Below are positions 1 to 15,865 of a stretch of DNA of 64,000 nt, in pieces. Each line of letters opens with the position of its first letter. Position 1 is the stretch's first letter. The notes beneath the pieces are model-generated. The model worked only from the letters and a program-made list of their open reading frames with translations. It ran no database searches and was not told the DNA's origin. This DNA is from Eledone cirrhosa (lineage: Eukaryota): positions 257,238,001 through 257,302,000 of the forward strand of contig OZ024742.1 of assembly GCA_964016885.1 (NCBI GenBank), given 5' to 3'. The position numbers were made by a program, and so were the translations under genes.

Positions 1-410
1 TCATTTCTCACTATCTTATTTTATATATATTTTTTTTATTTCTATTATCTTTTATTGTCTCCTACTCTCATTCGATTTACCTATTCTATAACCACCCTCC
101 TCTACTTCATACACTATCCTTAGTATCTGCTGTATACATATCACTTTCAACGCTTGACCGCTCCACTCACTCCCCTATTGTTCTACAGGCAAGTTCAGCC
201 AGCCATACCTCCCACCACATGCCATGATAGACTTATTTGTGTTTACAACAAATTTTAACCAATCCTCTTGACAACTACAATCTTCCCATATAAGAATACC
301 CCCTTGACAAGTTCGTCTATTTATTCACCAGGCTAAAAATTCTAATTTAGTCCAGAAATAGCCGTCGAAACGGCTTGAGCACTGCCGTCGTGGTCATACT
401 TTTTCCTATA
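1..410 (+). mobile_element. Probable 3' end (pLTR) of a PLE-like element with a degenerate hammerhead, ending in (TA)n
   Basis: Pyrimidine-rich UTR-like sequence; GAAA (367-370) followed by hairpin ACGGC/GCCGT and GTC (387-389). The upstream core is degenerate (TTGACAA, about 304-310). Confidence 0.35.
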
Positions 411-1212
411 TATATATATATATATAGTTAGGGAAGCAGAAAATTGCTTATTGTGATACAGTTCGTGGTTAACAAAGCCAGTTTCATGGACGGTTCCAAC
501 GTACGGTTAGGGGTAACTCAACAGGTTTATAAGAATTCCGTTCAATCTTGGAGTATAAAGTATAAAAGAGAAAACACAGGTAAGCATTAAGAGAAGGATT
601 TTATCCAGGTATTTACGACCGTTTCATTGGTAAGTGCAACCTTATATTGCTATACTGCAAATAGCAGTATATAATTGTTGTTCACGTACAAATTTTCAAA
701 ATAGTGAGTAAGTTACTCTTGAAATAGTTCTTAATATATAGAGAAAAACATTTTTTGGAATTGTATTTACTAGTATAGAGAGAGAGGAAGAGGAATTAGA
801 AGGTGACGGGACAAACGGAATAGTATAGAGAGAGAGGAAGGGGGAGAAGGGTTAGGAAGTAGAGTGACAAACTGAGATGGAGGGAGGGGTAGAGGTGGAA
901 GGATTCCTTGATCAGTTATGATATGTAGACTTCATGTCGAATGTAGTGAGTTAAAGAGAATTAAATTGATCATAGTGGGAGGGATGGAGAGAGAGAGAGA
1001 GAGAGGGGGATATAAAGAGATAATTTTATATATATAATAAATAAAGATAAAGATAATAATGATAAAAATAAAAGCAAGGAAGAGGGGAGAATAAAGAAAA
1101 GAAAAGATAGCCAAAAAGGAGAGGGAAGGAAGGAAGAAAACGAAGAAATAGAAGAGGAATGAGGGAGAAAGGAGAGATATAGGTGTTGGTTCTTGTGGGT
1201 AATTAAAAGGGT

Positions 1213-1710
1213 TTAGATACAATAAGAGGGTATAAAGTCTAAGTATATGCAGTTTGTCAGTTGGTAGTAAGTGTTCGTTTTGCACTTGTTGTGCGAACAC
1301 TTTTCTTTGAGTCTATGGTTACATTGAATTGATCTTTCGATTTTATTGTTGAGTAACTTATTCTTTGAACTCAAAATGTGGAACAGCTCAAGATCACATA
1401 ATCGACAGCTTCTCATACCACTCCGATATGGAGGCGCGTTCGATAATCTGTTTCCACTTCAGGGTGTATTGATGGTTACTTTCCCTCAGTTGCCAGGTCT
1501 TGTTTGCAAGGGTAGTTACATAAGGATGCTGGGAATGTTTCATTGCGTAACGGTGTGTATACCAACGGGCTTTAAATGTATTCCCAGTCGCTCCGATGTA
1601 ATAACATTTCTGGTTGTCTGATTCTACTGTGCATAGGTAAACCAGGTTAGACTGTATACATTCATTATGTAATGGACAGGTTTCAGGTAGGTGGCAGTTA
1701 CAATTCTTGT
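1213..1710 (-). pseudogene. GIY-YIG endonuclease domain of the PLE
   Basis: Manual translation NCNCHLPETCPLHNECIQSNLVYLCTVESDNQKCYYIGATGNTFKARWYTHR, and C-terminal CRLCDLELFHIL...LLNNKIE...CNH (ORF 1213..1416). Confidence 0.88.
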
Positions 1711-2031
1711 CATGGGCTACTTTGGCATTATGGTGGGCTGCGATGCCTGTACAAGTGTGTTACGTTTTGTGTGCCTATTAGTGGGTGGCTGTATATTAGA
1801 TATTCTGTTGAGTTGAATGGTGATTGTATTGTTATTGTTGTAAATTTGTGTTCTGGTGTTGTTATGTATCTTTTTAGCGTGAAGCATCTTAATGTGTGCC
1901 TCTATATTTGGTGCCGTGGAGTAAGATTGTCAAATAGATTTAGCGTTACGGATTTTGCTCTATCTATGTGGATCTGGAAAGTGATTATTTATTATTCTAA
2001 AGAAGGTAGAGGGTAGGTTAGTACCCTGGAG

Positions 2032-3195
2032 TTAAATATGGGTGTTAAATATGGGGTTATACCAAATATATTTTCTACTGCGTGAATTGTTTGATTTCGA
2101 TGTTGTATTTCTATTTACAGTATACTTTGTAGTTCTATGCGTAAGTGCGCGTGTGTGTGTGTTTCTGGAGTTTGTGTTATGCGTGTTCGTTTGCGCTTTG
2201 CGGAGGCTTTCATCTATATATTCTACTCTATCTAAGTGGCCTGCCTTGTCTAATGCGGTATTGTAGTAATCAGCATGTTCCTCGACCATTTGTCGGTTAG
2301 ACGAGAGGCAAGAGATCCTAAGGGGTATACTGCGTGGAATGGATTTAATTATGGATAGTGGGTGGTTTGAGTTACAGTTGATGTATGCTAAGTTTTCATT
2401 AATTTTGTGAAAGGGTCTTATAAGTCCTGTATTTAGGTTAAGCGTCGCGTCTACAAAGTTAACTGTTTTAGTGCTAAACGCATACGTTATTCTAAGGCCT
2501 AGTTTCCCGAGAGTATTTCTAATATTCTTACGGAGTCTTTCTATGCTCTGATTATTTAGGTTCTTTACTAGAAGGGCGTCGTCTCTGTAGATTCCACCTT
2601 GAAGGTCGCTAAACTCACTCTGTAAATGATGGGCTATGTAAATACCTACTAAATCTGTGACTTGAGCCGAGTCGTTAGCCCCCATCGTGATGTCAAAGTT
2701 ATTTAATCTATCCTTACGTTCCCAATAGGCGTTTTCAAATTGAATTATTGTTTTCCTAGCAGCTAATATGATTTTTATCTCGTCATCTGTTAGGTCAGAA
2801 TTGGCTTTGGAGAATGCTAAGGCTTTATTCAAGGTCTTGTGGGATATAGAGGAGTAATAGTCATTAAGGTCAAATTGTATACATTCAGATACTTTTTTGT
2901 TAGCTATATTGTTAAACCACTTAATTGTTTCGGTAGCCTTACCCCATAGTTTAATCACTAGTTTATTCTTCATTTGTGCTATCCCTCTATCTAATATATA
3001 TTTACTAATTTTCCCGATGTCCGATTTGGATGTGCATATAAGTCTAATTGTGGGGTTATAATCAAAATTTACCTTGTGGTCCTTGAGATTTAATGCGGGG
3101 GTACAAGGCCTAAATGGCTCCGTTCTGTCGTCTATTGCTAGATGTTTGACTATATTGTGTGCCTTGTTGTTGATGTTTATCAGTGCCGCCTCATT
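2032..3195 (-). pseudogene. PLE reverse transcriptase (probably Hydra-type clade), disrupted
   Basis: LKDHKVNFDYNPTIRLICTSKSDIGKISKYILD, QFDLNDYYSSI, FDITMGANDSAQVTDLVG, GIYRDDAL, VNFVDATLNL, YINCNSNHP, IWYNP; stop at 2032. Confidence 0.9.
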
Positions 3196-3408
3196 AGTTT
3201 TTTTTTGTACTTCCTATATAATTCTTTCCATATGAAGCTATTGTTAATACATACAATAGCTTCATACGGAAAGAATTACATAGGAAATACAAAAAATCTA
3301 ATGAGGCTGAACTAATAAACATCAACAACGAGGCACACAATATAGTCAAACATCTAGGAATAGAGGACAGAACGGAGCCACTTAGGCCATGTACCCCCAC
3401 ATTTAATT
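3088..3408. repeat. About 155-bp imperfect fold-back at the 5' truncation point of the PLE
   Basis: 3088-3245 is the reverse complement of 3253-3408 (roughly 90% identical) around a short loop. Confidence 0.9.
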
Positions 3409-3977
3409 TCTTCGGTTTCTTCGTTCTTTCCCTCCCCTTTTTGGCTATATTTTCTTTTCTTCTTTCTCCCCCCTTCCTTGCTTTTATTTTTGTCATTATT
3501 ATCTTTATGTTTATGTTTTATATATATATATTTATCTCTTTATATCCCCCCCACCCTATCTCTCTCTCTCTCTCTCTCTCTCTCCATCCCTCCCAGTATG
3601 ATCAAGTCTACATATCAAAACTGATCAAGGAATCCTTCTACCTCCACCCCTCCCTCCATCTCAGTTTGTCACTCTACTTCCTAACTATTCCCCCCTTCCT
3701 CCCTTTCTATACTATTCCGTTTGTCCCCTCACCTTCTAATTCCTCTTCCTCTCTCTCTATACTAGTAAATACAATTAAAAAAAATGTTTTTTCTCTACAT
3801 ATTAAGAACTATTTCAAGAGTAACTTATTCACTATTTTGAAAATTTGGACGTGAACAACAATTATAATTGAGTGGGTGCTATTTGCAGTATAGCAATGTA
3901 AGGTTGCACTTACCAATGAAACGGTCGTAAATACCTGGATAAAATGCTTCTCTTAATGCTTACCTGTGTTTTCTCTG

Positions 3978-4038
<61 letters not shown>

Positions 4039-4083
4039 TCAAAGTCTTAAATCAATCAATTCTTAGTGTGTAATAGATTTATT

Positions 4084-4130
4084 TGCTGACAATTGTTTCT
4101 TCCGGAGGGAAGTCTGGATTCATCGAAGCA
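4084..4130 (-). ncRNA. Degenerate minimal type I hammerhead ribozyme
   Basis: Minus strand: TGCT-TCGATGA-ATCC...GGAA-GAAA-CAATTG-TC-AGCA; stem I TGCT/AGCA, palindromic stem III, core mutated. Confidence 0.55.
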
Positions 4131-4580
4131 TATGGAATGTCTAAACAGTTGATTAACATCATAGTCGTTCAGAATCATTAGTCAGATACATAAATGTTGT
4201 TAGTGGCATAGACACCATGTAGAGAATAAGGAGTTAACAAAGATGCTATGCCTGAGAATAACACAATTACAAGTAGCACGGGTTGTAAGTGTAAGAGATA
4301 CAAGCAAAAAATACAGGCCAAAAAAGTTACAAGCAAGGAAAAATCTGCTTCGTAGAATCAAGACGCATATGAGGACCATGCGAGTTTCAGAGTCAGGTTC
4401 GATGATCACATCGATCGTGACTCGAGCTGGTCGCCAGAGTAACAATTTTAATTTGTTCAATAAATTCCATTGGTCGCAACACTGACTCTCTTTTTTTCCT
4501 GTGATATCATACTCTGCTCTATGAGAGCATCGAGTGCTCATATAGCCTACCGCATCCGGACGCTTTAAGCATCCAATACC

Positions 4581-4633
<53 letters not shown>

Positions 4634-5739
4634 ATGCCGGTGTTCGCATATATACGCATGTGTGTATGAGGTAACATACTGGATGTCACGATACATAAAA
4701 TGATAAGCTGATGCTGTAGGTGTCGTGTGGAGGCTCATTGGTTCGTCACACCGATGCTCGCTCATAGTTTCGTATTGGCCAACTGACACATGTAGAGGTC
4801 TGCACATATACACACATTGAACCCTATTTACATTTATACCGAAGTGTCCAAGGATATAAACACTCGCACTATCTGATCCATAAATACATTACTTTGAATC
4901 ATCATACTTGAACATGTTCCATAATATTTATATTTACAATCCTACTAACTAATAGAAACAGATAAGAACATTGTTTTAAAACGGCACAACGAAACGCCCT
5001 CTATAGTCTGGGATACTTTTTGATTACAAAGATGAGAAATCTATCATACTTTGCTGCAGCATGATTGAGCTAATTTTAAATAATAAACTACATACAATCC
5101 AAAAGAATTTCAGAAGCAACATAAACATTTACACGATTTTAGAAACAATGTGCATACATACATAATTTCAGAAAGAATATACATTATTACTCACTTACAG
5201 AAACAAAACAACATACACGCTTTCCTTCACGATTAAGTTTTCTTCTAATACTATGTGTAGCGTTTTGACGATGAAATCTGTTATGACCCCTCCATATCTA
5301 TAGATCCAGTACGTGATTGTTGTATATGCTGAAATATTTTCTATGTCAGTGGAATGGATTGTTATTTCGAAGCTGGTCAAAATAGTGATATTTGGAACTC
5401 TCAATGAAATATGTTCAATAAAATCAAGAAGAAAACATTTGGATAACAATAGCAGCTCCATGTATTAAATTGGGACGGGATTCCTAGCATAAAAAAAATT
5501 GTCAGAAAGTAGAAACCACATTTGGCCAACATTTTAAATGTTACATTATCGAGGAGTGGAAAGGCTCTCTTGTGGACTGCTTTATATATTGGAACAAATT
5601 AAAAAGTGAACTACAATCACATCACATTTTACACACTCTGCTCTTACACATTAGATTCACAACGGAAATGATTGGGAAAAACTACCATGTTTGGACATAT
5701 TTCAGAAAAAAACACATTTTCACATAATTCATAGAAGGC

Positions 5740-6350
5740 AGAATATGTTCAATAGTGGATTTGGAACGATAGGAAATTCAACGTCATAAGCTACAGATTT
5801 TAAAATCGAAAAAAACTGTATATAACTCGATGTAGGACACTTAGACCGATGTTTGTGGCAGATAATATTCTATTTGTCAGCCCATATGATCTAGGAGTAC
5901 CAAAATTGTTTGCCCGATTAAGGTGAAACTGACAATTCTTTGTAAAGAACAACATTGAATGATGGAGTGAAAGAGACGCCAAACATTAAGAGCAAACCTT
6001 AAAACATTAAACATCAAGGACAAAAATTATATTTAAAACATTGTGAACTTTTCTATGGCAAACACAGTAATTGTTTGCAAACCGTTTCTGAGATTAAATT
6101 CAAAAACGGACAGCCTTTAAAATAAATACAAAAATGATATATAAAACGAAAAATCGGACATATTATACTGTATTTCTCAGCTCCAACAATGATTATGTTG
6201 GTCACACCAGTAATTTGTCATTGTGTGGTGTGCGTTGATGTACACATACGACAAATAATAAACATGAAAATAAGAAAAATTACACGGAATGATCATCAAG
6301 AAATGTTCACGAATTCAAGTGATGTCGAATATAAATATTGGAATAATTGA
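5740..6350 (+). pseudogene. Possible heavily decayed class A GPCR-like relic
   Basis: Collinear fragments in different frames: GFGTIGN (TM1-like), LRPMFVADNILFV (TM2-like), VIVCKPFL (post-TM3-like), then a hydrophobic segment; many stops and frameshifts. Confidence 0.25.
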
Positions 6351-6795
6351 GAAATAAATCTACTTCGAAATGATGCAAAGATAGGTCAACTTAAGGAGAT
6401 GCAAAACTAGATTCTATGGATTTTAGGTTTGCATATACTTTTAATAACAACATGTTAATTCTCTTGAGAGACGTAAAAGCGAGAATCAATTTCTAGCAAA
6501 GATTACTTATTATATTTTTAATGCGCATTAATCGATTAATTTACATTAACACCTAATTTCACAACACTTGTGTTTATTCAGTGAAGTTACACTTAGAAGC
6601 ATACTATAGCGGAATATATATTGGAGAAGAAAATGGGTGCAACACAACAATACTATGTTTACGTGTAGAGAATTATTCGTATATACTGAAAAGCAACTAA
6701 GATGTGTTATTTTCGCTTTCCTTATTTAATATTCCCACTTGTTGAAACACTTTAATTGGAAATAAATGTCTCAAATCCCAGCACCATTCCTGTGC

Positions 6796-6849
<54 letters not shown>

Positions 6850-6878
6850 TGTGTGCATAAGTATGTGAATATATATAT

Positions 6879-6940
<62 letters not shown>

Positions 6941-6977
6941 ATAAGTATATATGTATATATATATATATATATATATA

Positions 6978-7374
6978 ATAATAACTAGAAATTGATTAAC
7001 ATATATAAACATGAATAATCACAGGAGATAATTTTAATATTCTTCCTTGTTGATAATCCAATAATATCCACTTTCCGTGACTTACCATCTGATTAATTGG
7101 TGAAATATATTTATTTAATGCAATATATACAGGGAAGATTAATCATATTAAAAGGTATCTATTTATTTGTTACCCAACTAGCTATGCGTGGTTACACCCT
7201 TGCAAAAATTATCTCCTGTGATTATTCATGTTTATATATGTTAATCACTTTCTAGTTATTATAAAATGCTCGGACCTATCTTTGAGCTTATTTCCGGGCG
7301 ATATGGCGCACGCCGTTATGGCATGACACCCACAATTTCGATTTGGATTAAATTCATTTAATTTATCTTAATTT

Positions 7375-7375
<1 letters not shown>
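6978..7375. repeat. Small insertion between (TA)n tracts with about 58-bp inverted arms
   Basis: 6978-7035 is the reverse complement of 7205-7262. Confidence 0.75.
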
Positions 7376-7469
<94 letters not shown>

Positions 7470-7503
7470 GCATAAATATATGTATATATACATATATAAT
7501 TAA

Positions 7504-7537
<34 letters not shown>

Positions 7538-8239
7538 GTTTTGTCTTGACTCCTATATGACCACCTTACATTGTGGGCTGGGTGTTTTTGTCGTGAAACA
7601 TACACTAACACATTTCAGTGTTGATTAAGTGTATTTTACCATGTCGACATCATGATCAATATACAGTGTCGGCTGGGCGCTTTTTGTCGTGTCACCATCA
7701 TTACCACTTTACAGTGTGGGATAGAGGCTTTATATATTTATAAGCATATTATAAAATTATATTTGTATCAATACAAAGTGTGTTACTGAGACTGCACCAA
7801 CGTTTATAAATATCTGCACATATTTAATTTGTAGGTATATACCCATTCCAGAGAATAAGTTCCCTCCCCCCAAAAATTCAAAGATAATAAACATCTTTAA
7901 GTTATTAGAGTATGTTATTGAATCCTCCTAATCAAACACAGGGGAAAATATATCGGGTGAGTATATATAACATTCACTCTTAATATCTTTCAGAAATTTA
8001 TATACTAATTTACATAAAATCAGGACGTCCATCTGAGAATAATATTAAGAGAGAATGGATATATATTGACACCTGAAATACATGTCTCCTATCGGATGAT
8101 TGCCTGATGTAACTATTTTCTCAATAGTATTCATTCAATAAGTGCAAAAATCGATGAGGGATATTTTTAATATTTTCAATTTACGGGGAAGTTCGTATTT
8201 TCTGGTATATGTGCATGCCAACAAATGAGGTATATGAAC

Positions 8240-9870
<1,631 letters not shown>

Positions 9871-11899
9871 TATATATGTGCATCTGCTTCTCCGTGATGT
9901 CTTCCTTTGCGTCTTATCTGAAATATTTATTCATAAAAATATTAACCATATTTAATTAAATTAACATTTCATTTTTCGTTCTTCTTGTCGACCTTATCGT
10001 CAAAATCTATATGAACATGTTCAATCTTACCGCTGATGTATTGAAATATATCACGCACACACATACACAAGTACATATATATGTATACATTAATAATATA
10101 TGTATATGTGTATGTGTATATGTGTTTATATATAAATGTATATACATTTATGCATTTATGTTATAAGCATGCATACACTTGCATATATATCTATATTCAT
10201 TGAATATTCACCATATCTCTACAGGAGCTGCGATGTAACGAAATACAGTATACATTACCGTGTGTATTTCTCAGAGGTGTACATCCTTCTATTGCCGCGA
10301 TGAGCTTTGCAGTTCTTTGATAAATGGACAAAACCAAATGAAATATTACGTTAATTTTTCTGGAAATTAATCATGGAAATGAGTCACAACAGTGGCACAA
10401 ACCATTAGAAAAACAACTCGCTACAACTTCATCTTTGTCAGTTAACTAGAGTGAAAAAACGCCATACACGTATTAAGTACACATCCATACACATATCAAT
10501 TGTTTATATATATATATAAATATTGTTTTTATTTAAAAAAAATTAATATAAGACCTGTAAAGAAGTAGGTAGAGATATTAAAGCAACTCAAAATACGTTA
10601 ATTTATTGTAAATATTACAAAAGGCTATACTTTCTTGAAAAAGATTTTTCAAACAAGCATGTGTACAAAATCCTATTGTGTTATAAAATAATAATTACAC
10701 GTGAAGCATATTTTTCATTAAATTATTATCAAATAAAATTTAACATTATATATTGATTTACAGTCATTTCATCCCTTATTGAGATTTTAAAATCAATCAT
10801 GTATGGGCAAACATCTCAACATTTTGTCTCTCCATACAGACAAATATTTCACAGTCAAAACGTTTCTTTACATGTATATATATATATAAATAATAAACTT
10901 ACCTCGATTCCGTTTTTCTGCCAAAGCTTATTGAAAGTACGATTAAATAACTTCTGTCAAAGCTCACTTATATGAGAAGATTACATTAAAACTCATGCAA
11001 GAAAATACTAAGAACAAGTAAAGTACAAAAGCAATCATAATGTAAAAAATTACATTCTTACATTATTTATTATACCTAAAACTAAACGTATACATCTGTT
11101 TCCAATCTGAAAGGAATAAAAGCAGAGAGTACCACTATTAAAGTAAATAAGCAGAACTAGTGGACTAGAAAACAATATATTATCGTCAGTAGGAAATATA
11201 TTTTTTAAAACACCATACCACAAAATATTATTTGCCCATCAATTACGTAAATCAACAAATAACAACTGGCTGGAATGAAAGCTGGGTGAGCATTTTTGGC
11301 GATATGTGGAGAGCAAATCGGTTGATGAAAAAGCTGCAAATAGCCCATGAACTAATTCATCAGCTCGCCCTTAATATCGGAGCAGTACCTATATATATTC
11401 TTATGATGTAAGAAGAAACTATGTTTCAATTTGTAATATAATGTTCATCATGGAGCACGGCATATTTCACAGATGAACAGTTGGGGAATTTAATTTAATT
11501 TAAACATAATATACGTGCGTAGATGAACAAATAGATATCTTCAGAGTCAGATCAATCGTGTAGACTAAATCTGATAAATGTTATACCACGTTTTATGGTG
11601 AATACAAATATTTAGAATTAAAATTCCGTTCACTTTTACACAATGTATACATTCTCTTGTGTTTGAAGTAACATGCCTTACCCTAATTTGCTAATGCTGT
11701 AGCCTTATACTTTACCAGATTCCATACTTGTTTCACTAATGTAGGTTTGCTTGTAAACTTTACATCTTATACAGTTATCCTCATACTCCTAACTTTGGTC
11801 AATTCCATTTCCTAATTTGAGTTTCTTTAACTTTGGTATCCAACTGCATGCACCACTACATTTTTGGTAGATATTTACATGTCTTTTACTTTTTATAAG

Positions 11900-12560
11900 G
11901 GAATATTCCTGTCAGACGTTCACTTAGAATAGTTAAGTAAAGATTCGAAATATGTGGTATAACCATGATTTTCTTAGTTTCTTTATTGTTGTGTGTATGT
12001 GTATAGGAGGGGGGGGTCTCTCGGATTTCTCAGATGTTAATGATTCTTGCAATTTGTGTAGTAGAGTTCAGTTCATTCAGCATACATAATTTCTTGATGG
12101 GTATTTTGTTCATGCCTTCTAGTCCTGACTCTTTTGTTGTTAACTATATGACTAATGTGCAGAGACTGTTAACTAAATTGATTGACACCATAGTCCGAAT
12201 TTTCTTTGACTGACATGACGGAAAAAGTTGGTATTGTCGGATGCATTGGTTTGCAGAATATATAGGTTTATAATTGTCAGCATTTTGATTGATTTTTAAT
12301 ATAGGTAAGATGTCTCCTTTTTGTTAATAAAAATGGCATAGTGAATTATAATGTGGATGTATATACCTAGTGATTCTTTACGTAGTGATGTTTAGTGTAT
12401 CAGGATTTTGCCTCACAATATAAAGTGGTTGTCAAGGAACCTTTTCGAGTTTTCTATATTATTACAGTTGAATTTACTCCCAGGAATATTTAAAGATTGT
12501 TGTTAGGTTTTTTATGTGTAGTATCACATGAATAATGATTCCCTACGTTGATGTAATCTT
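11900..12560 (-). mobile_element. Highly decayed LINE fragment (CR1/L2/Jockey-group-like C-terminus)
   Basis: Minus-strand peptide remnants ESLGIYIH and MLTIINLYILQ; no open frame. Confidence 0.3.
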
Positions 12561-12930
12561 TGGTGACCAGACTGGTCGTGATTTTAGTTGATAGACATAT
12601 GGATCTTGAAATAAATTTAAAATCAAAATATACTAACCACCATTAAAAATGATATTCCTATAAATACTATTCCGTAGCTCATAATGGAATTATTCTAGCC
12701 AGCATTCAAAAGACTTTTCAAGATGTTTAGTTCCAGTCATGAGGAGAATCCGTAATCGATAAAATCGAAATGATCTATTACGGATTGCTTCTCCTCATAC
12801 ATGAAACGTGCCTACAATAGAAACAAAGATGTTTAAAATCCCTAAAAGCTTTTGGTTTTCCTATACACACACCCATGAATACACACATACGCACGCACAT
12901 GCACACACGCATACACACATACACACACAC

Positions 12931-13013
<83 letters not shown>

Positions 13014-15777
13014 TATATATGCGCATAGTTTGGATATCGTTACTGCTGACACTTAAATCACACTTAGATCATTCCAAAGTAACAAAACTGAAACTTACCC
13101 TTTTATAAAAAAAAAAATATTGTTCTCTACTATGGTATTGAGTACTGATTCTAATGATATTTAATACGAAGCGCATATATATGCGTATGTATATATAAAT
13201 GTGTGTGTATGTGTATGTGTACATTTTTAGCTTCTATTTCTGTACATTGCCATAAGGCTATATGAACTTAGAATTTCGATTCAGAGACACGGATCTTTAT
13301 GGCTTAATAATATTCCCCCTAGTATTATTATAGTATATTTATTGAAACCATCTTTGCTGATTTTCTAGCAAAAAATTACCTTTTATTCCCCTACCTTATC
13401 TGTCGTAGTCTATATATGTTAATATGTGTTTATTTACTTATCTTGTTTGCTAGGAATGTGAGAATTCAATTGAACATATATTATTCATAGTCGATTCAAT
13501 TAACTTGTTGACCAAAGTCAAGTTTATTAGTTTTATGTTTCAACTATGCAATGTGAATTTGCGTGGCTAAGTGGTAAAGTGTTGAGTTCCATTAGCGGCA
13601 GTACGCTGTGTCATTCAGCAAGACACTATATTACATATTTATTTGCAATCAGGTGGCAAGTGTGTGTTGTAATTGTATAGTAACAGGACCAAGTTTTGAC
13701 AATTATTCTCCCTTTGAAAGACGTTACGTGTACAGGTATCTGTGGTATTTTAAGCAATCTCCCTGCTAACTTCATGAGAAGGCTCTTCTATTTTTCGAAT
13801 AGTTTGAACTGTCATCTTTGGAACTGTAGGCGTTTTAATATACATCAGTTGTGACGACAAAATATTTTCAGCAATGCACACAATTCATCAAATTGTGTTG
13901 TATTCATCTCAGCATGAGAATTTCTGAAATAGTATTTTCATGGTGCGGTATATGTCTTCGAAGATCAGCACGAGGCCTGTAAGGTGACAGACTTTCAATG
14001 AAGATATTTGGCTCAAACTTAGTGATATGTTGTAATATTGAGCACTAAAATTGATGTCAAGTTCCTTAATACATTTCAGCTTATAGATAATGGGTACCAG
14101 CAGAAGTAGCCTCAGCCTGATGTAATGCACACTCAGTGGTTAAGGCCCATGAAAATGGCATACACCCAGAGGTAATGATCCTGTACGATCGAGAGAGATT
14201 TAATTTTCTCTCAAATAAATATGTCAGGTGAATATGTATCTCTGATATTCAAATCCCACGTATATTTTATCTTCTAACTTCTGTTTGCTAATAATTTATT
14301 ATGCATACATGTTAATGTGGTGAGGGAAATTCCTTTCCAATGGTTGATATATTATCGACTATGTAGCAATCGTGTTGAAAAGCAATGCATTCTGAAGCAT
14401 ACCCAACACTCGTGATAGGTGAATAATTAGATGTTATACAATACTTTAGTTTTTCATTGAAAGTACTCCCATTCTGACTTATGCGTGCCTCGAAAACGAC
14501 CACACAGATATTAAGATATCCTCTACACCGTTGTTTTAGAGCCATATTAAGACTATATTTGTATGATCGTTTCACGTTTGATGCGCTCTTGTAAAATGGA
14601 GGTTCAGTAATCAACAGGGATCCATAACCATACTACGATGGACAATGCTCGGCCAGGTGTCATTTCAGCCCGGCGGGATATTAAAGAAATCATCTTTCGA
14701 ATGGAGGCCAGGAGGTTTGTTGAGGGATGGATCCTGACAAAACGTATTTGTGGATTGTAGAGAAGTAGCTAGTAGATGGGAGCTCACACAGGATAGAGCT
14801 TATGACCATACTGGTTTGGAGATCTTTTTCATGAAGATGCACCATTAATAGCAGGGGCTACTAACTAACAAACTAATATTACCCTATTTAAACATATTCA
14901 TTCGAAACCCGCTAATCCCGTTGTTTGTGTATATAATTACTACATATATTCAGAAATAACATGTATTATTGTTCAATGTCATCTAATTTCCCAATTGAAA
15001 TATTATAAATTATGACGGATGAATTACCTTTTTGTTTAGTTAAATATGTGTAAAATGTTTCGCTTCTGTCGCTTTGAAATATAATATGTTGATCTTGAAG
15101 AACATCTTGTTGTGGACGAAGAAAACATTTCTTTAGAAACTGTCGTAATTGCAGCTGCCTAGTATTTAGTTGTAAACGTGCTTCGTAGTTGTAAACAGCC
15201 GCCATGTAATTTATGCAACATATGTATTGTCGCTAATTCACTTTGCCAGTTTATATTGTTAAAGAATATATACGCCTGATACATCACACCGAACGTATAT
15301 TTTCAATGGTATATATTCTACTGGTCTTGTATATATTCATTATATAAAATGTATATTCTATATAAATTCTTCCTTGTTTGTGAAACATTCGGTTCAATTA
15401 TGATCGATGTGGTTTTTAGACAAGTATAGTTAATACATGTCGTAATATAACACTCTTTTCAGTTTACTATGCATGGCATGACGTCCCATTGTTCTATAAA
15501 CGTATACATGTCTGGAAAAAGAGACGACATAGTGATGTTGTACTCTGCTAATTAATATTTAAATTACCTTACAGATCGCTGTCGTACATATGTGTATAGC
15601 ATAGCGTTTGGGTGTAATAAAATGTGAAGTAATGTAAATACAACATATCTAATAACAACAACATTGGTAGCAACACATGAAGTGAGGATGTGAGAAAAAC
15701 CTGTTAATGGAAAATAAAAGAAAAAATATAGGATATAATAGTAAAATGATGTGAAAGATACGAATGAGGATTAGAAT

Positions 15778-15834
15778 ATTCTTCTTCTTCTTCTTCTTCT
15801 TCTTCTTCTTCTTCTTCTTCTTCTTCTTCTTCTT

Positions 15835-15865
<31 letters not shown>

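Larger units (their letters stand above)
426..3982 (-). mobile_element. Penelope-like retroelement (RT + C-terminal GIY-YIG), 5'-truncated, with an inverted partial copy at its 5' side; flanked by (TA)n
   Basis: RT and GIY-YIG motifs on the minus strand; 561-1150 is the reverse complement of 3409-3982; (TA)n on both sides. Confidence 0.92.

Noticed and set aside
3088-3408. Editing signature in the PLE fold-back
   Set aside because: Mismatches between arms are of mixed types with no directional bias; useful as a negative control.
10902-11107. Minus-strand acceptor/donor pair; also plus-strand acceptors near 31954 and 32834
   Set aside because: No coding frame; such sites arise by chance, and RNA-seq would be needed.
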